DNA of 64,000 bases, taken from Camelus ferus. Its lineage: Eukaryota. The position numbers and the translations under genes are program-made. Location of the stretch: positions 104,100,001 to 104,164,000 of the forward strand of contig NC_045696.1 in NCBI RefSeq assembly GCF_009834535.1, given 5' to 3'. Below, piece by piece: positions 38,601-52,399 of this stretch; position 1 is the stretch's first letter; the number at the start of each line of letters is the position of its first letter. The notes below the pieces were generated by a model that was not told the DNA's origin, did no database searches, and saw only the letters and a program-made list of their open reading frames with translations.

Positions 38601-39404
38601 CTATAGAGAATTTTCTAATGAGAACCAAAGACCATGGCTTTGTCTAACATGTATGGCAGCAAAAGATTCCAGAAGCACACTGATCAAACCAAACTCCCAG
38701 TATATCTTTAAGGCAGTGCAGAGACCCAGGACTAGCTGTTTTAATTCAGAATCATACATACTCATCAGTGATGAGGGAAGAGCTCCTGGAAACATTTCTA
38801 TAGCAAGCATGTACACATAGCTGGTGCCTAAATTTTGAGTGCTATCTCGTGTGGTTTGTGTGGAATGCTAAACATGTTTTTCAGTATATACATTACAATA
38901 ACTCTTGAGTATTCAGTAACACATCACTCACAAAAATTTCAGTATTTGAGCACAGGACAAAATGAATACTTTACCAAGAACTGCCGGCACATTTCAGGCA
39001 GAAGCCAAAACATGCAGCAAAAAGGGAAAAGGCACTAACAGAAATTGAGGAAAAAAGAGTAAATTACAGCTCTGTAACTTATAGTTTAATTATGGTTGGA
39101 TTCTTAAAATTGTTAAAAGTGATCACTAAATATTCAGTGGGCTACACAAGACAATGTAAAAATTGTACTACCTGCATGCTATCACAAACTTATAATTACA
39201 AAAATGCCAGTTGACAACAGATTTTACATACACTGCCTAATCAAATTTATTGTATACTAATAAATGTAAACATCATGTTGCAGATGCTAATCAATGAAAA
39301 GCACATTAACTGCTTTAACTTTGCAATGTTAAATTCATCAGAATTCAGTATTGAGTCTCTAGGTATCAGAAAATTTTTTGTTTTTTAATATTATATATTC
39401 ATAC

Positions 39405-39505
39405 CTGCCATTGCAGCTGAAATCATGTGTACCTGGGTAGAATCAGGATCAAATAAACCATTCAACTTTTCCTTGCAGTTTGAATAAGCAGCAAAGTATA
39501 TTGCT
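39405..39505 (-). CDS. SLC25A36: SLC25A36 coding exon 4 ([34 protein letters not shown])
   Basis: Acceptor TTTTAG|A and donor CAG|GTATGA. 101 nt, frame continuous. Confidence 0.96.
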
Positions 39506-40399
39506 CTAAAATAAAGATTTAAATTTTGTCAATAAGCGTGTTGCTTAATTCCTAAGATTTAAATGATATGTAAATTGATCTTTATTATTTAGAGTGGAGA
39601 AATCTAAAAACATAAACAAAGCCTTAGCCACATTCTTACATAACATCACATACATATTTTTCCATGAAGACCATGAAGTACTTTTCGTGTCAACTCATTA
39701 AAGATAAATTCAAATGTAAAGCATCCCCAGACACTGCATCCCAGTATTTTGATAGCAACTGACTAATTAAAACAGAAAAGTATTTCTGTAAGAGTTTGAT
39801 GACTGGAAAACACATGAGTAAGGCTAGAAGGCCTATGTAATGCTAAGACTAAATTAAATATACTTAAGTAAATGCATTACAGGTTTTTTTAAAGAGAGGG
39901 AGGTAGAACTGACCCAAGTGATCAAAGTGTATGTTAAACAATTTTGAGGTACTGTGGTATATGCTAATCTATACTACAGAGTAGTTCAGAGCATCCTTAG
40001 ACAAAAAAACTGAAAAATAAATCAGTCCCATCAGGTCAGATCATGCTTGCTAACATTCGTAAACACTGCATCAAATCTGTAAATATTTTCCCTGTTAACT
40101 TATTTATTGTAACTCAACGCATCCCAACTACCTCATCACTGATTTAGCCTTCTAGGCACTGACTGACTTTCTTACTGTATCAAATATCCTGTTATTTCCC
40201 CAAAATTCTGATTATTTGTCCAATAAGGGTCAGAATAAACAAACAAGTACAAATGGGGAGTCTCCATTTTGTGCTTTTTAATGTGCTTAAGAAAAAAGAG
40301 AAATTAATTTAAAATGAAACATTCTACTTCATGAGAAAGAAAAGAAAAATAGGATACATTTAATGATACCAAATTATGAAGAATAAATAATGCATTACT

Positions 40400-41200
40400 A
40401 GGAATGAATAAGAAAAAGGCACCCTAATGAGAAAATGGGCAAAGAATATATATAGGTAATTCACAGATGAGATATACAAATGACAAATAATTATAAGGAG
40501 GAGGGCATGACCGCACCAGAAATAAAACAAATGTACACCTAAACAGTGAAAAATGTCTAGTCTCGTTGGCAAGTATTAAGAGACATGGACAGTAGCCAGT
40601 ATTGGTAATAATATGTTGACAAAGAGCAACTAAGTCACTATTTGAGAATAATGCCTTTTCAGAAGGCAACTGAGTAATATTCACTAATTTTAAATGTGCA
40701 TATGCCCTCTTATCCGGAAATTATTTTAGGTAGTTATCCTGAGGAAAAATACTTGCTTAAGTACTCAAGGATAAAGGTACAGCTACATTCACAAAACCCT
40801 TGTTTTTAGCAGGAAAAATCTGGAAATAAATCTAAAGGTCTATCAATAAGGGAATGCTTATTCATGATGGGAAAGTCAAATTATACAATTAAAAACTCTA
40901 CATATTTTCAGGGAAAAAGCTTCAAGACAAATTTGTTGAAATATTTTTAATAGGATTCAATTTATGTAAGTGATAGTAAGTATACATATTATCTATTTTA
41001 TGTACATGTTAAGCCAGGAAAATTAATGGAAGACAATAAACCAAACTGTTTATCAAGGGTGGTTATCCATGGGGAGAAGAGTAAGTGTGTGTGGGAAGGT
41101 GCATGGGGTGAGAGGTGATGTGTTTAAAGTGGAATGTCAAGCTTTATGCTATACATTTTTTTAGTTTTCACATAAGAAATGAAATTTGTGATCATTTTTT
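40400..41200 (+). mobile_element. Old L1 3' fragment (L1ME-like) in intron 3
   Basis: aaaatgggcaaagaat...aattcacagatgag and other decayed L1 3' motifs. Confidence 0.6.
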
Positions 41201-41622
41201 AAAGAACTGATATAAAGTTGAAATCCGATAAATAATGAGACATGGACCTGCTATACTGTTTGGTTACAGAGATCTGGGAATACATTTTCACTCTGAATGT
41301 CAACTCTGTACAATGTTCTATCATGGAAGATATCAATCTAAGATAAAAAATTATCTGAGAAAAATGACAAATTAATGTAAAGGCCTTTTTGGCTTCTTGA
41401 ACTTAATGCAAAAATTGCTTCACAACGATCTCACTAAGAGGTCCTTTGCACCTACATATGGTACAATCTGTCTACCCTTTTAGATGGTTACTGGTAACTG
41501 TTACACCATAGTGCTTTATCCTCATCACTTCCACTTCTCTTCAGCATCTACCTTCATTAAGCATGAAACAAGAGAAACTGCTAGAATGTGAATAATTAAA
41601 CGTATTTCTTTTTTTTTTTTAC

Positions 41623-41700
41623 CTGGAAGGAGCCACCCCTACTAAATTGGGGCCTAATCCTCTAAATAAGGAACGAGGCCCTTCTTTTTCCAAGATCACC
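41623..41700 (-). CDS. SLC25A36: SLC25A36 coding exon 3 ([26 protein letters not shown])
   Basis: Acceptor TCTCTTTCAG|G and donor AG|GTAAAA. 78 nt. Contains the carrier EG..LFRG motif. Confidence 0.97.
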
Positions 41701-43254
41701 CTGAAAGAGAAAAATATTATTTAGAAAAGAATGTCGTTCAAAGTGTGGTACTTTATTTACATAGCAAACTTAGAGTCTAAATCCCTTATGTTTGTACTAT
41801 AATATGTTACAATGCTCCGGTCAGTTTTCCTCACTTACGAAAATCTGTTTTTCTCAGCATAGCATAGCATACGTTACTAAAGACTAGTAATAGATTTATT
41901 AGTGATAAAAAAAAGATCTCCATTCAGATTCTTTCCTGAAAGTTTTAAAGACATATAACAATACAGATTTCTACATTTATTTTCATATGATCATGCTATT
42001 CTTATCTTTAATCTCCTCCATTTTACTATCTTTACCAGAAAAATCTATTCCCAGTTAGAAATATAGTTCCCTCCTAGTATTTGAGGTCCTATCCTCGATA
42101 CTGGACAACTTCCAGGTATTGCAGCATTATCTTATCCAACCATTCCAGTGAAATGCTATAGCAAAAATCTATCACCCTAACATCCTTTAGGGTGCAAAAA
42201 TGGACGGCCTGCTACCATCTCTCCCTTTACTCAGTTAACATTTACTATGCTGAACACTTACTATATAAAGACTGAGCAGATTAAGGAGATAGATAAGAGG
42301 GTGATAAATTTCTCTGTCATTGCGAAATCTGTTGTCCAGTTGCGGAAAAAAGAATTATATTGAAACAAATAATTTAACAGATCATATTAATAAGCAAATA
42401 CTACACAAACTAGCTACAGATGCCCAGCAGGGAAAGAAACAGGCATGTCAAAGTCATGGAAGATTTTCTGAGGTGAGCTACTAAATGAAGTTTTGAGTAA
42501 GAAGAAATACAGATTGAGAAAGAGCATGTATTTTAATTCCGAGTTAACAGACTAGGCCAACGGTTCTGAGCAACTATATGCCTAAGAATGATCTCCCCCC
42601 TGGAGGGCAACTGAGCAAAATGGTTAATTAAGGGCTTGAATCATGGGGTCAGATTTCTCAATATAAAACCCAATTTTGGAAACCAACTAGCTGTAAGAAC
42701 ATAAAGTAATAACTTTTCTCTTATCCTTATTTTCATCAGTAGTAAATAGAGAAAAACAGTACTTTTCCTGGGGAGGGGGGAGGTATACCGTGATGACTAA
42801 GTAAGTTAATATAAAAAGAGCTCACAGTAAATACTTGATAAATCTTAATAATATTATCGTTATTACTGGGACATTTGTTTAAAATCCAAATTTCTCTGAT
42901 CCCACCCTCAAAGTACTCTGATTCAATAGCTCAGCAATTTGCGTTTTTATCCTGTTGTCAGATGACACAGGTGATACGAGACCATTTTGGTAAAACTACA
43001 TTAGACAGAAGAAGAACTAAGAGTGACAAGTTGTAGAGCACATTTTGAAGATGTCAGTGTTTGTTAGCCCTTTCTGTGTTATAAAACCCTTGAGAAGTTA
43101 AGGAAGTATCCTTTTAAGAAAACGAACATTTGCAAACACTCACAATTTTGCACACAATTTCACTTAATTTATAGATCTCTTGAAACTCTTCCATGAGCCC
43201 CTAAGAAACCAAGAGAGCCTGGGGGGATTTCCCACAGTTCCTGGATAAGAAGTC

Positions 43255-43970
43255 ATAAAACACTTCATACCCATTTAACGACGGCCACAATCAAGACAAC
43301 TGGAGAAAAACAGGGATTGGCGAGGATGTTTAGAAACTAGAAATCTCATTCATTGGTGATGGGAATGCAAAATGATATATCCACTCTGGAGAACAGTTTG
43401 GCAGTTCCTCAAAATGTTAAATATAAAGTTACCCTATGACTCAGAAATCCTACTCCTAGTATATCCCCAAGAGAAATAGAACATACATCCCTATAATGGT
43501 ATGATTCATAATACTCAAAAAGTGGAGACAATCCAAATGTCCACCAATAAATGAGTGAATAAATTAAATGTGGTATGTATCTACATAATGAAATATTTGG
43601 CAATAAAAAGATACTTGTTACAACACACATGAAGCTTGAAAACACGCTAAGTGAAAAAAACCAGTCACAAGAGGCCACATATCGTGTATCTAATTCCTTC
43701 TACACAAAATGTCCTGAATATGCAGATCTATAATGACAGAGAGTAGATTAGTAGTTATTGCCCAGGGGGAGAGGGAAAGAAGAAAGTGAGGAGTGACTGC
43801 TAAAAGGGAAGGGTTTCTTTCTGTGGTGATAATGAAAATGTTCTAAATTTAGAATGTGGTGATGGCTACACAAATCTGTGAACAGAAAACTGAACTGTTC
43901 ACTTTGAATGGATGAATTTTATAGTATGTAAATTATATCTCAATAAAGATGTCGGGAAATAAAAAAAGGA
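43255..43970 (+). mobile_element. L1 3' end (L1MB-like) in intron 2
   Basis: gggaatgcaaaatg...gaacagtttggcagttcctcaaaatgttaaat...tatatctcaataaa. Confidence 0.85.
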
Positions 43971-45034
43971 AGAAGCAGCCATGAAACATTGATTAGGATG
44001 GCACCCCTGAATAGGGAAACAATGGGAATGAGAGTGAAGAGAGGTTAAGAGAAGAAAATGTAGACATGGAAGTCACTGGATACTGATGACAGATGAAACG
44101 TGACATTGACTCACGGTATTGTACAAAGATCAAAGGAAGAATTTTAAGGAGAGGTAATCAGTGGTAGTAACTATCAAAATCATGATATTAAAATACTCTA
44201 TTACTAGTTAGATAGAAGTTTTACCTCTAACTATGGCATTTTAACCTAAAACTGTTATCAATTTTATTCTACCTACTCATGTACTTAGGTAAGTTTGAAA
44301 AAAGAAGAGTGATGAAATCTTTTGGTAGTGAAGGCAAACACACAGTATGAGTTTACTTGCTACTACAAAATAAACACTACTGAACTAAGTTCAAATAGAT
44401 TATGTCCCAAGTGAGCTGATAAGACAGACACACAAGACATTCAGTTGTATATGTAAGTTTAAACATGTAAAACCTAATTTCAACAGTTTTGAAATTTCAA
44501 ATCCAATTTGGAACATAATGAGGTATGGTAAAACATAAAAATAAATCTTTTTCAAATCAAGAAATGCCTAACACTGAATCATGTTTTTATAACTATGCTT
44601 TGTATCTGTTATATTTAGGTTATATAAAAATCAGACTGTTATTAATTAGATGTACTTACTTGTGTGAGTACTTTGAAAATTCAAAATATGCAAAGAGTTG
44701 TTATTAGCATTTAACAAAATCACATTTCAAAAACAAATGAATTCATAATCCAAAATAAAATACCTTAAATAGCTTTAGAAAATAAATCCACTGGATAAAT
44801 GTAGAAAAATATTCCAAATACACATTACTTGGAAACAATATAACATTTTACATTATTTGAATTACTGTACATTTCCATTAGGGATCACTGTTTCTAAGGA
44901 ATATAGCAGAGTAATTCTGTCATTAAGTTTGTAAAAACCTCTTAAAATATGGCAGAATATAAATAAACAAACATAGGCATCATTAAGGTAAACAGACAAA
45001 AGAAAAAAAAAAGTCATGAATCCTGTGCTCTCAC

Positions 45035-45199
45035 TTTAGGCAATGGAGAGGTCCCGGAGACACTACTCGGTTGACACTGGCTCCAGCCATGGTGTTCAGC
45101 TGAACTTCAGAGATATACAGTGTCACAGAAGATGACTGCAGCCGTGTTTTTACCACTTCCAGTGGACATGTCAGAATAGCTCCCACTGTACCACCACAT
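45035..45199 (-). CDS. SLC25A36: SLC25A36 coding exon 2 ([55 protein letters not shown])
   Basis: Acceptor TTTTTTGTAG|A and donor AA|GTGAGA. 165 nt, phase consistent with exon 1. Contains carrier signature 1, PLEVVKTR. Confidence 0.97.
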
Positions 45200-46141
45200 C
45201 TACAAAAAAAATGAAAGAAACAAAACTTACCTACTTAATTCATAAATTAGTAAATATGCACTGAGCTGTGAAACGTGTGAGCAACTGGGGCTTTGCAAAG
45301 GTACTAAAATTGAGAATTTTGATTTCTGAAGACTAAACATTTTTTAATTTAATGTTTTACTTATTTGACTGTATGCAAAACACTTTCAGTAGCTAAATAT
45401 CTATCTAGCAAGAATAATTAGCTAAAGACTCCAAATTGTGTGTGTTGACTCTAAAATTTACTGGTGTAAGACAACACAGCTTAAATACTATTTTAAGGGT
45501 CTATTTGGTACTCCCTGCCCAGATATTACTTACGGCTTTGTTGAAACCTAGATCATTATTTGAGGTATATCCTATCTCTCAAACTCCAAACCTATCTTTT
45601 AAAACTTAAGAAATGATCTTGAGAACAAGAAATAAATCACGAATGGATATTCATACATGTCTCATATTTTAAATATCCAAATACCCAGAAGTGTTTCACT
45701 TACAAATAAATACGGCATTTGAGTCTCAAAATCTGAATCTCTCAGGCCCACATGTGGAAATTTGTGCAAAGTAGGTAGGCTGAGTTAGAAGAACCCAATT
45801 TAAATACAAGGATCAATCACGAAAACAACAAAATAAAAGCTCTTAAATGATATTATTTAAGCTTTCAAAAGACATATGAGAAAGGGTGAGTAAGTTTTTA
45901 AATGCAAGAATGGGAAATAATTTTCTCTTAAGAGCATTAAAAGCTACCCCAGGAAGCCCTGAAAACTGCTTTCTAACTAGAGGAAAATCACTCAGAAGAG
46001 CTCTTACTGCAGTGAACGAGCAAAGCAGACTGAGTCAGAAGTAATCCAGACCTCCAAAACAGGCATGAAAGGAAGAAAAACAGCCCACCAACAGAAAAAT
46101 ACAAAACAGTTACACCTCTAGAACTGAAAAAAAGTATATAT

Positions 46142-46283
46142 GGGAGGAAGTTATAGCTCAGTGGTAGAATGCATGCTTAGCATGCAGGAGGTCCTGGGTT
46201 CAATCCTCAGTACCTCCACTTAAAAATAAATAAGTAAATAAATTTAATAACCTCCCCTAACCCTCCCCCCAACAAAAAAAAGT
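46142..46283 (+). mobile_element. tRNA-derived SINE (camelid Vic-1-like)
   Basis: A box tagctcagtggt, B box gggttcaatcc, then an A-rich and C-rich tail. Near-identical flanks aaaaaaagtatatat and aaaaaaagtatgtat form a TSD. Confidence 0.85.
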
Positions 46284-47210
46284 ATGTATAAAAATATATA
46301 TAATAAAAGGAAAGCAGGCATATAACAACAATATCACTCCAAATAAAAGTTAGGACAAGAAATCATTAAATAAGAATATTTCATATTAATGTAACAGTAC
46401 ACGCCATCAAGAAAATAAAATTGAAACAAACTATGCAGTAAGAGTGAAATATTAATTAATACAACAAATTAAAAAGAGAACACCTATATCTAAATAAAAC
46501 TTGATTCTTACCTCAAACCATATTTAAAAAATTAACTCAAAATGGAGACCTAAATGTAAAACATGAAAACTATAGAACTTTTAGAAGAGAAAATACTTGG
46601 AGAAAAATGTTTCTGACTTTAGATTAGGCACAAATTTCTTAGATGAACAACAACAACAACAAAAGAGAAAAAGCATGAATCATAAAAGGAAAACATTGAT
46701 AAACGACTTCATCAAAATTAAAATCGCCCACTCTTTGGAAGAAACTGTTAATAAAATGAAAAGACAAGCCACAGTCTGAGAGAAAATATTTGCAAAACAC
46801 GTATCTTATAAAGTGCTTATGTAGAGAATTAAACTAAAAAAAAAAAAACTACTCAAACTAGACTTGAACAGATACTTCACCAAAGATATACGGATGCAAA
46901 TAAACACAGAAAAAAATTTCAAAATCATCTGTCAACAGAAGAATGCAAATTAAAACTACATTGAGGTACCACTGCACATTTACTAATGGCTAAAATGAAA
47001 AAGATTAACAACACATGTTGATAAAGAGCAACTACAAACCTCAGACGTTGCTGGTGAGAATGCAAAATGGTACATTTGGAAAAAAAAAAAAAGCACAGAG
47101 TTCGAAAGAAAAAAAAAAAAGTCTGGTATTTCTTAGAAGGTTAAATACTACTGCCATTCAACCCTGAAATCCCATTTCTAAGGTGCTAACCTGGGAAAAA
47201 TCAACAAATA

Positions 47211-47620
47211 CAGGCATACCTCAGGGATATTGTAGGTTCAGTTCAAGAGCACCCCAATACAGTGAATACCATAGAGTATACAGAATACCATAGAGTGAGT
47301 CACATGATTTTTTTTGTTTTTCAGTGTATATAATAGTTATGTTTACAGTATACTGTAGTATATTGTGTGTCACATGATTTTTGTTTTTCAGTGTATATAA
47401 AAGTTATGTTTATAGTAGACTGTAGTATATTAAGTGTGCAATAGCACAAAGTCTAAAAAACATACATATCAATTAAAAATTGCTGCTGAAAAAATGGTAC
47501 TGATAGACTAGCTCAACACATGGTTGCCACAAACTTTCAATTTGTAAAAAAACCCAAAAAACAAAACACATTATCTCTGAAGCACAACAATGCAAAGCAC
47601 AATAAAACATGGTGTGCCCG
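47211..47620 (+). mobile_element. Tigger2-type DNA transposon derivative
   Basis: Ends caggcatacc... and ...ggtgtgcccg are imperfect TIRs, flanked by TA. Confidence 0.8.
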
Positions 47621-47996
47621 TACATGTCTACACAAAGACTTGTCCATGAAAGTTTATAGCAGCTTTACTCTTAGTAGCCCAAGACTGGAAACAACCGAAA
47701 TGTCCATCAACAGATGAAGGACAGACAAACTGTGGTACAGCCAAACAATGGATTATTGCTCTGTAATAAAAAGAACAACCTGGAGGAATCTCAAAAGCAT
47801 TATGCTAACTGAAAAAAGCCAGGCACAAAAGACTTTCATTTTATAACATTTTCATTTTTATGACACTCTAAAAGAGGCAAAACTAGAACAGAAATGAGAT
47901 CAGTTAATTACTAAGAGGTAGTGGAGCTGGGACTGACTGCAAAGGGCATGGAGAATCCTTGGGATAACAGAAGTGATCTATATTTTGATTATAATA

Positions 47997-48496
47997 TAGG
48001 CACATCACCTTTTATTGTGCTTCGCTTTATTGTGCTTTGCAAATATTTTGTTTTTCACAAATTGAAGGCTTACAGCAAACTTGTGTTGTCAGATGATGGG
48101 TAGCACTTCTGAGTTGACCCTTGAGTAATGTGGGGTTTAGGGGTGCCAACCCTCTGAACAATCAAAAATCCCTCCCGTATCTGTGGGTCTGCATTCAATC
48201 AATCATGGATCATGTTGTTTTGTAGTATATATCTACTGAAAAAAAAAAAAAAAGTGCATATAAGTGAACCCACACATTTCAAACCCATGTTCAAGGGTCA
48301 ACTGTATTTTTTAATTAAGGCATATAAATTTTTTTAAAGACATAATGCTATTGCACAATAGACAACAGTTTAGTATAAACATAACTTTTATATGCACTGG
48401 GAAGCTAAAAACTCACAGGATTCACTTTACTGTGGTATTCATTTTATTGCAGTGGCCTGGAACTGAACCTGCAGGTTATCTCCAGAGGTATGTCTG
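47997..48496 (+). mobile_element. Tigger1-type derivative with a nested MER8-like MITE (48111-48304)
   Basis: taggcacatcacctttt... to ...gaggtatgtctg with TA flanks. Inner TIRs are agttgacccttga and tcaagggtcaact. Confidence 0.8.
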
Positions 48497-50982
48497 TAGA
48501 GGTTACAGCACCTTACACTTTTGCCAAAACTCGATGAACAGCTCTAACTGTATACCCTTAACAAAGAGCGAATTTTACTGCACATAATTATACCTTAATA
48601 AATCTGATGAAAAAAAAAACCCAAATATGTGAAAATTAGTAGGAAATGCTAATATACAAACTAGCTGGGGTCAAATACAATTATATGTGATTTTTTAATT
48701 ATAATAAAATTAAGATTTCAAAAAAATTCCACTTAGAGTTTTAAATATGAAATTTAAAGAATTTAATCCCCCCCCCAAAAGATCAAAACCATTGTATTTT
48801 CACAAATCAAACATCAATTAGATACATGGTAGGGCTAAGAGATTTGAGAAAAAATTAACTAGATCCAAGAAAGACCTCTACACTCAACAAACAAGAAACC
48901 AATATTTTTAAACATCTATGAAATAGGCTTAAAATCTAATTACATATAAGGCCCAAGGACAATCTTAAACAGAAGTCACAGTTTATTTATGTTAATTGAG
49001 GCCAAGTGGTAAGAGATGTGAATCACCACAGTATACACTGCAGTATACACTGCAGAGCTAAAGAGAGCCTGGGTGGTAAACTACACAGTATTCACACTAT
49101 CGTAGTGATTTATTATAGCAAATCATACTTTAATTTGGATTTGCCTAGCTTTTATTTTTTAAGCTGTTTAATATATTTACTTTGTAAACTTATTGAGCAT
49201 AAAACCCAATAGGCCCCAAATCTGTAATAAACATGCATATTTGTTTTGATCTTATATTCTGTAAAACCTAAAGAATATACTCTTGGTTTTCACAATGAAC
49301 ATAAATTACTTCCATAATTAAAAAAAAAAAAAAAAGCCAAGTTAGCACATAATAAGAATGACTACCTATGTCCTACCCAGTCATTCCTGATTTCAAGAGA
49401 ATAAACATGTGACACAGAGAAACCAACCAACCAACCCAGCAGGGAAAAAACAACACCTAGGCCTTACAGGCTTGTTGTAAAGATGGTATGATATAACTCA
49501 TGTAAAGTTATTTTGTGGTATGACACATAGAATGTACTTAGTAAGTATTAGCTACTAAAGTTGTCAGCATCTATTACTGATAATAGCAACTAAAATTTTG
49601 TAACAGAACTATTACAAATACTTTATGGCCAGACTACAGACAAGATATACATTGTGATTCCTAAAAAACCATCTCAACAAGTAAAATACATAATGATGAT
49701 CTAAACTGTATCAAACTGGGGAGTGGTGTAAGTGGGTGTACACAACAAGCATTTAGGCTGTCCTGAAGCAGTTTTACATTATAAAATGCAATAGGTATGT
49801 GGTACAGGAGTGACACTCCAGTGTTTCTCATGCTACTTTTATCTTAAGTCATACTGAAGTAATTATTATGTACACTGGAATCATTAGAATTTATGCAGAG
49901 AACAAAAACTATTGCTGTCAATAAACATTTAAAATATCTAGTTGTGAAACAGAGTTAACTACATTGATCTCTTTTCTCTCCATGTGCAATGAAACAAATG
50001 GGAAGGGTAACTGTCTCGGCAAAGAGGAAGAAAGGCTTGCAAAGGTAAATTCCAAAGAGAAGTACCCTGCAGAACCCCTTAGAGGCCTAATGATTAAGGG
50101 CACCAAGTACTCAAGATGGAAGTAAAGCAAAGAATGTCTCCTCAATATTCCCACTGCAAGTGCCTTAAAGCAGGCCCTCATTTTCTTTCTTGCCTTCTAA
50201 CTGGTCCTAAGCCCTCCTGATCCAGTGAGGAGGACAATGGGTTAAGATCAACCACAAGATGTCACCAATGTAGTTTGCTACTAATAAAAGTACTAAATTG
50301 GATGCTTTAGTATTAAAATAAAAAAGTTACAATTTAAAGTTGCTCAGTCATTTGCTTTAAATGCTTTGATTAGCAAAGAATTCTAAGGAGAGAACAGCCA
50401 AGTTTGGTAGCTGAAGAGCATATAAATTTGTTATTCTGTAACATCAAAAATCTAGAAAGGAAACAGTTTCTAAGATTATGAATATAAAATTTTTAAAATG
50501 TCACTATATCCTTGGTATATCCAGGTTAGAACGCCTCTGCTATATATTCTTAGTAAAACTACTTGGATCAACGCTTATTTTAAAGTTTTATAGGCAAATG
50601 TCATTTAAAGATATGAGGCCAAGATTGCTTGGTAAGAATCAGGTAACATAACTATGTATTGATTTTAGAGAATGTTTAAGAATTGTTTAAAATGGTTATC
50701 ACTAAACACCTTTATAAGACATTTAAAACTATTCTATTTTCATGATGTTTGCCAAACTATACAGTAAGTAATCAAGTCACCTGTGAATTTACTGCAGTGT
50801 AGACACACTTTTAGCTTATGGTATTTTGTAAGTGTAAATGTCTGAGAACTTTCAGATGTTGCTTCCCCTTGTTATTATATATAGTGAGGATAAAAATTCT
50901 GACATTCCACAGGTTCTAACTACTTAAGGGCCTACGGATCCCTTGAGTAAGCAGTGGCTAAAAGCTGCTTAGAATGGAGATT

Positions 50983-51066
50983 TTCCTTCCTTCCTTCCTT
51001 CCTTCCTTCCTTCCTTCCTTCCTTCCTTCCTTCCTTCCTTCCTTCCTTCCATCCTTCCTTCTTTCC
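50983..51066. repeat. (TTCC)n tetranucleotide microsatellite
   Basis: About 17 perfect units followed by variant units. Confidence 0.95.
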
Positions 51067-52399
51067 TGAAGCTACACACAACGTAACCAAAAAACTGGCT
51101 TAAAAAAACAAAACTAAACAAAAAAAATCTTTGCAAACAGGTCTTACAAGAAACAGGAAAGCCTCTGAGGGCCCCAAAATACTCTCCCACACCCAAGTTG
51201 CAGCAACACATGAATCAGAAGGCGGGTGGGGGGTGGGGTGGTTGGGGGTTGGGGGAGGATAGGGAAGGGGAAAAAATTTATTCACTAAGTAAATATGAAT
51301 AGCTAGCAGATCAGTTTCAGCCATGATGCCAAGAGTCATAAATCCTTAGGTCCATGCAGACACAAAACCCCACCAGCAAGAGAGCCCCAAAAGCCTGAAC
51401 CACTATATTCAGATCCCCTGGCTATAAAGGACTTTTATTAACCAACCTATGGAGGAATCTATGCCAGGTTTTTGCTAAGGAAAGGGTGGATCATGATAAA
51501 CAACTGGGATTCTGAGTCTAAGACTGTGGTTGTTAGACTACCTTTGATTTTAACCTTTTGAGCATGTACAAATCAGGAAACTTGTTTTCAGTAGGCAAGG
51601 TAATTTAATCTATTCTGACTGGGTCCACAATATTGATATGTGTATGTAAGTGGGTATACAGATATATAAAATAGGTACTTTAGAAATGTATTTCTGCTAA
51701 CATTAAGCAAACCTATTATGTCAGACATTTGCAGTGTTAAGGTGTCTAAAGCAAAGTGAATATGTTAAAGTATTTTGTCATTTTTCTGCTACAGGTAACA
51801 CTCCACTGTAATTTCCTAATTAGGGCATTAGTCAAATTGAGAAATACCACTAAGGAAGAGATTCATTAAAATGTTAGCCATGGAGTCTTTTAATCGCAAA
51901 ACATGTAGCCTGTCTCTGAAATGCTACAAAAATCACTTGGAAGTCTTACTAAAAATTGGCTCTCTGGTAATATATTTGTAGAGTTATTTTCTCTGAAGCT
52001 TTAGTGTTTAGGCAAGAGACAATATAAGTCCTTGAAGAATGAAGGACATATTCTACATAATTGGAAGATTAACTTATGAAAAGTTAGGTTTAAAAGTGGC
52101 TGAAAATAATGGTATTTTGGGGAGTATATGTAGTGTTTCTCACGCAGGAAAAAAAATTAACAAGCTAGGCTTATTCAAAAGGCTAAAGCAAACTCAAAAC
52201 ACTAATAATATTGGGAAAAAAAAACCATTAGCCAACAACTTGATAAACATGGAAACATAGAAGGAAGCCATTATCACACAGCACAAGATGTAGCTGTACA
52301 GTCTCTACTGTAAGGGAAAACAATGATATCAGACTCTGAGGACTAAAATTCACCATAGAAACAAAATATACTGAGGGTATGTGGTAGGTTTAATAAAAA

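Larger units (their letters stand above)
46490..48620 (+). mobile_element. L1 ORF2 end/3' UTR interrupted by Tigger elements
   Basis: The peptide DFIKIK...MKRQAT in the ORF track is L1 ORF2-like. L1 sequence resumes after each insertion. Confidence 0.8.

Noticed and set aside
46142..46215. tRNA gene
   Set aside because: It has A and B boxes but also an A-rich tail and a TSD, and a related copy sits at 59124. It is a tRNA-derived SINE.
49029..49054. Tandem CAGTATACACTG x2
   Set aside because: A 12-bp micro-duplication, most simply explained by replication slippage.
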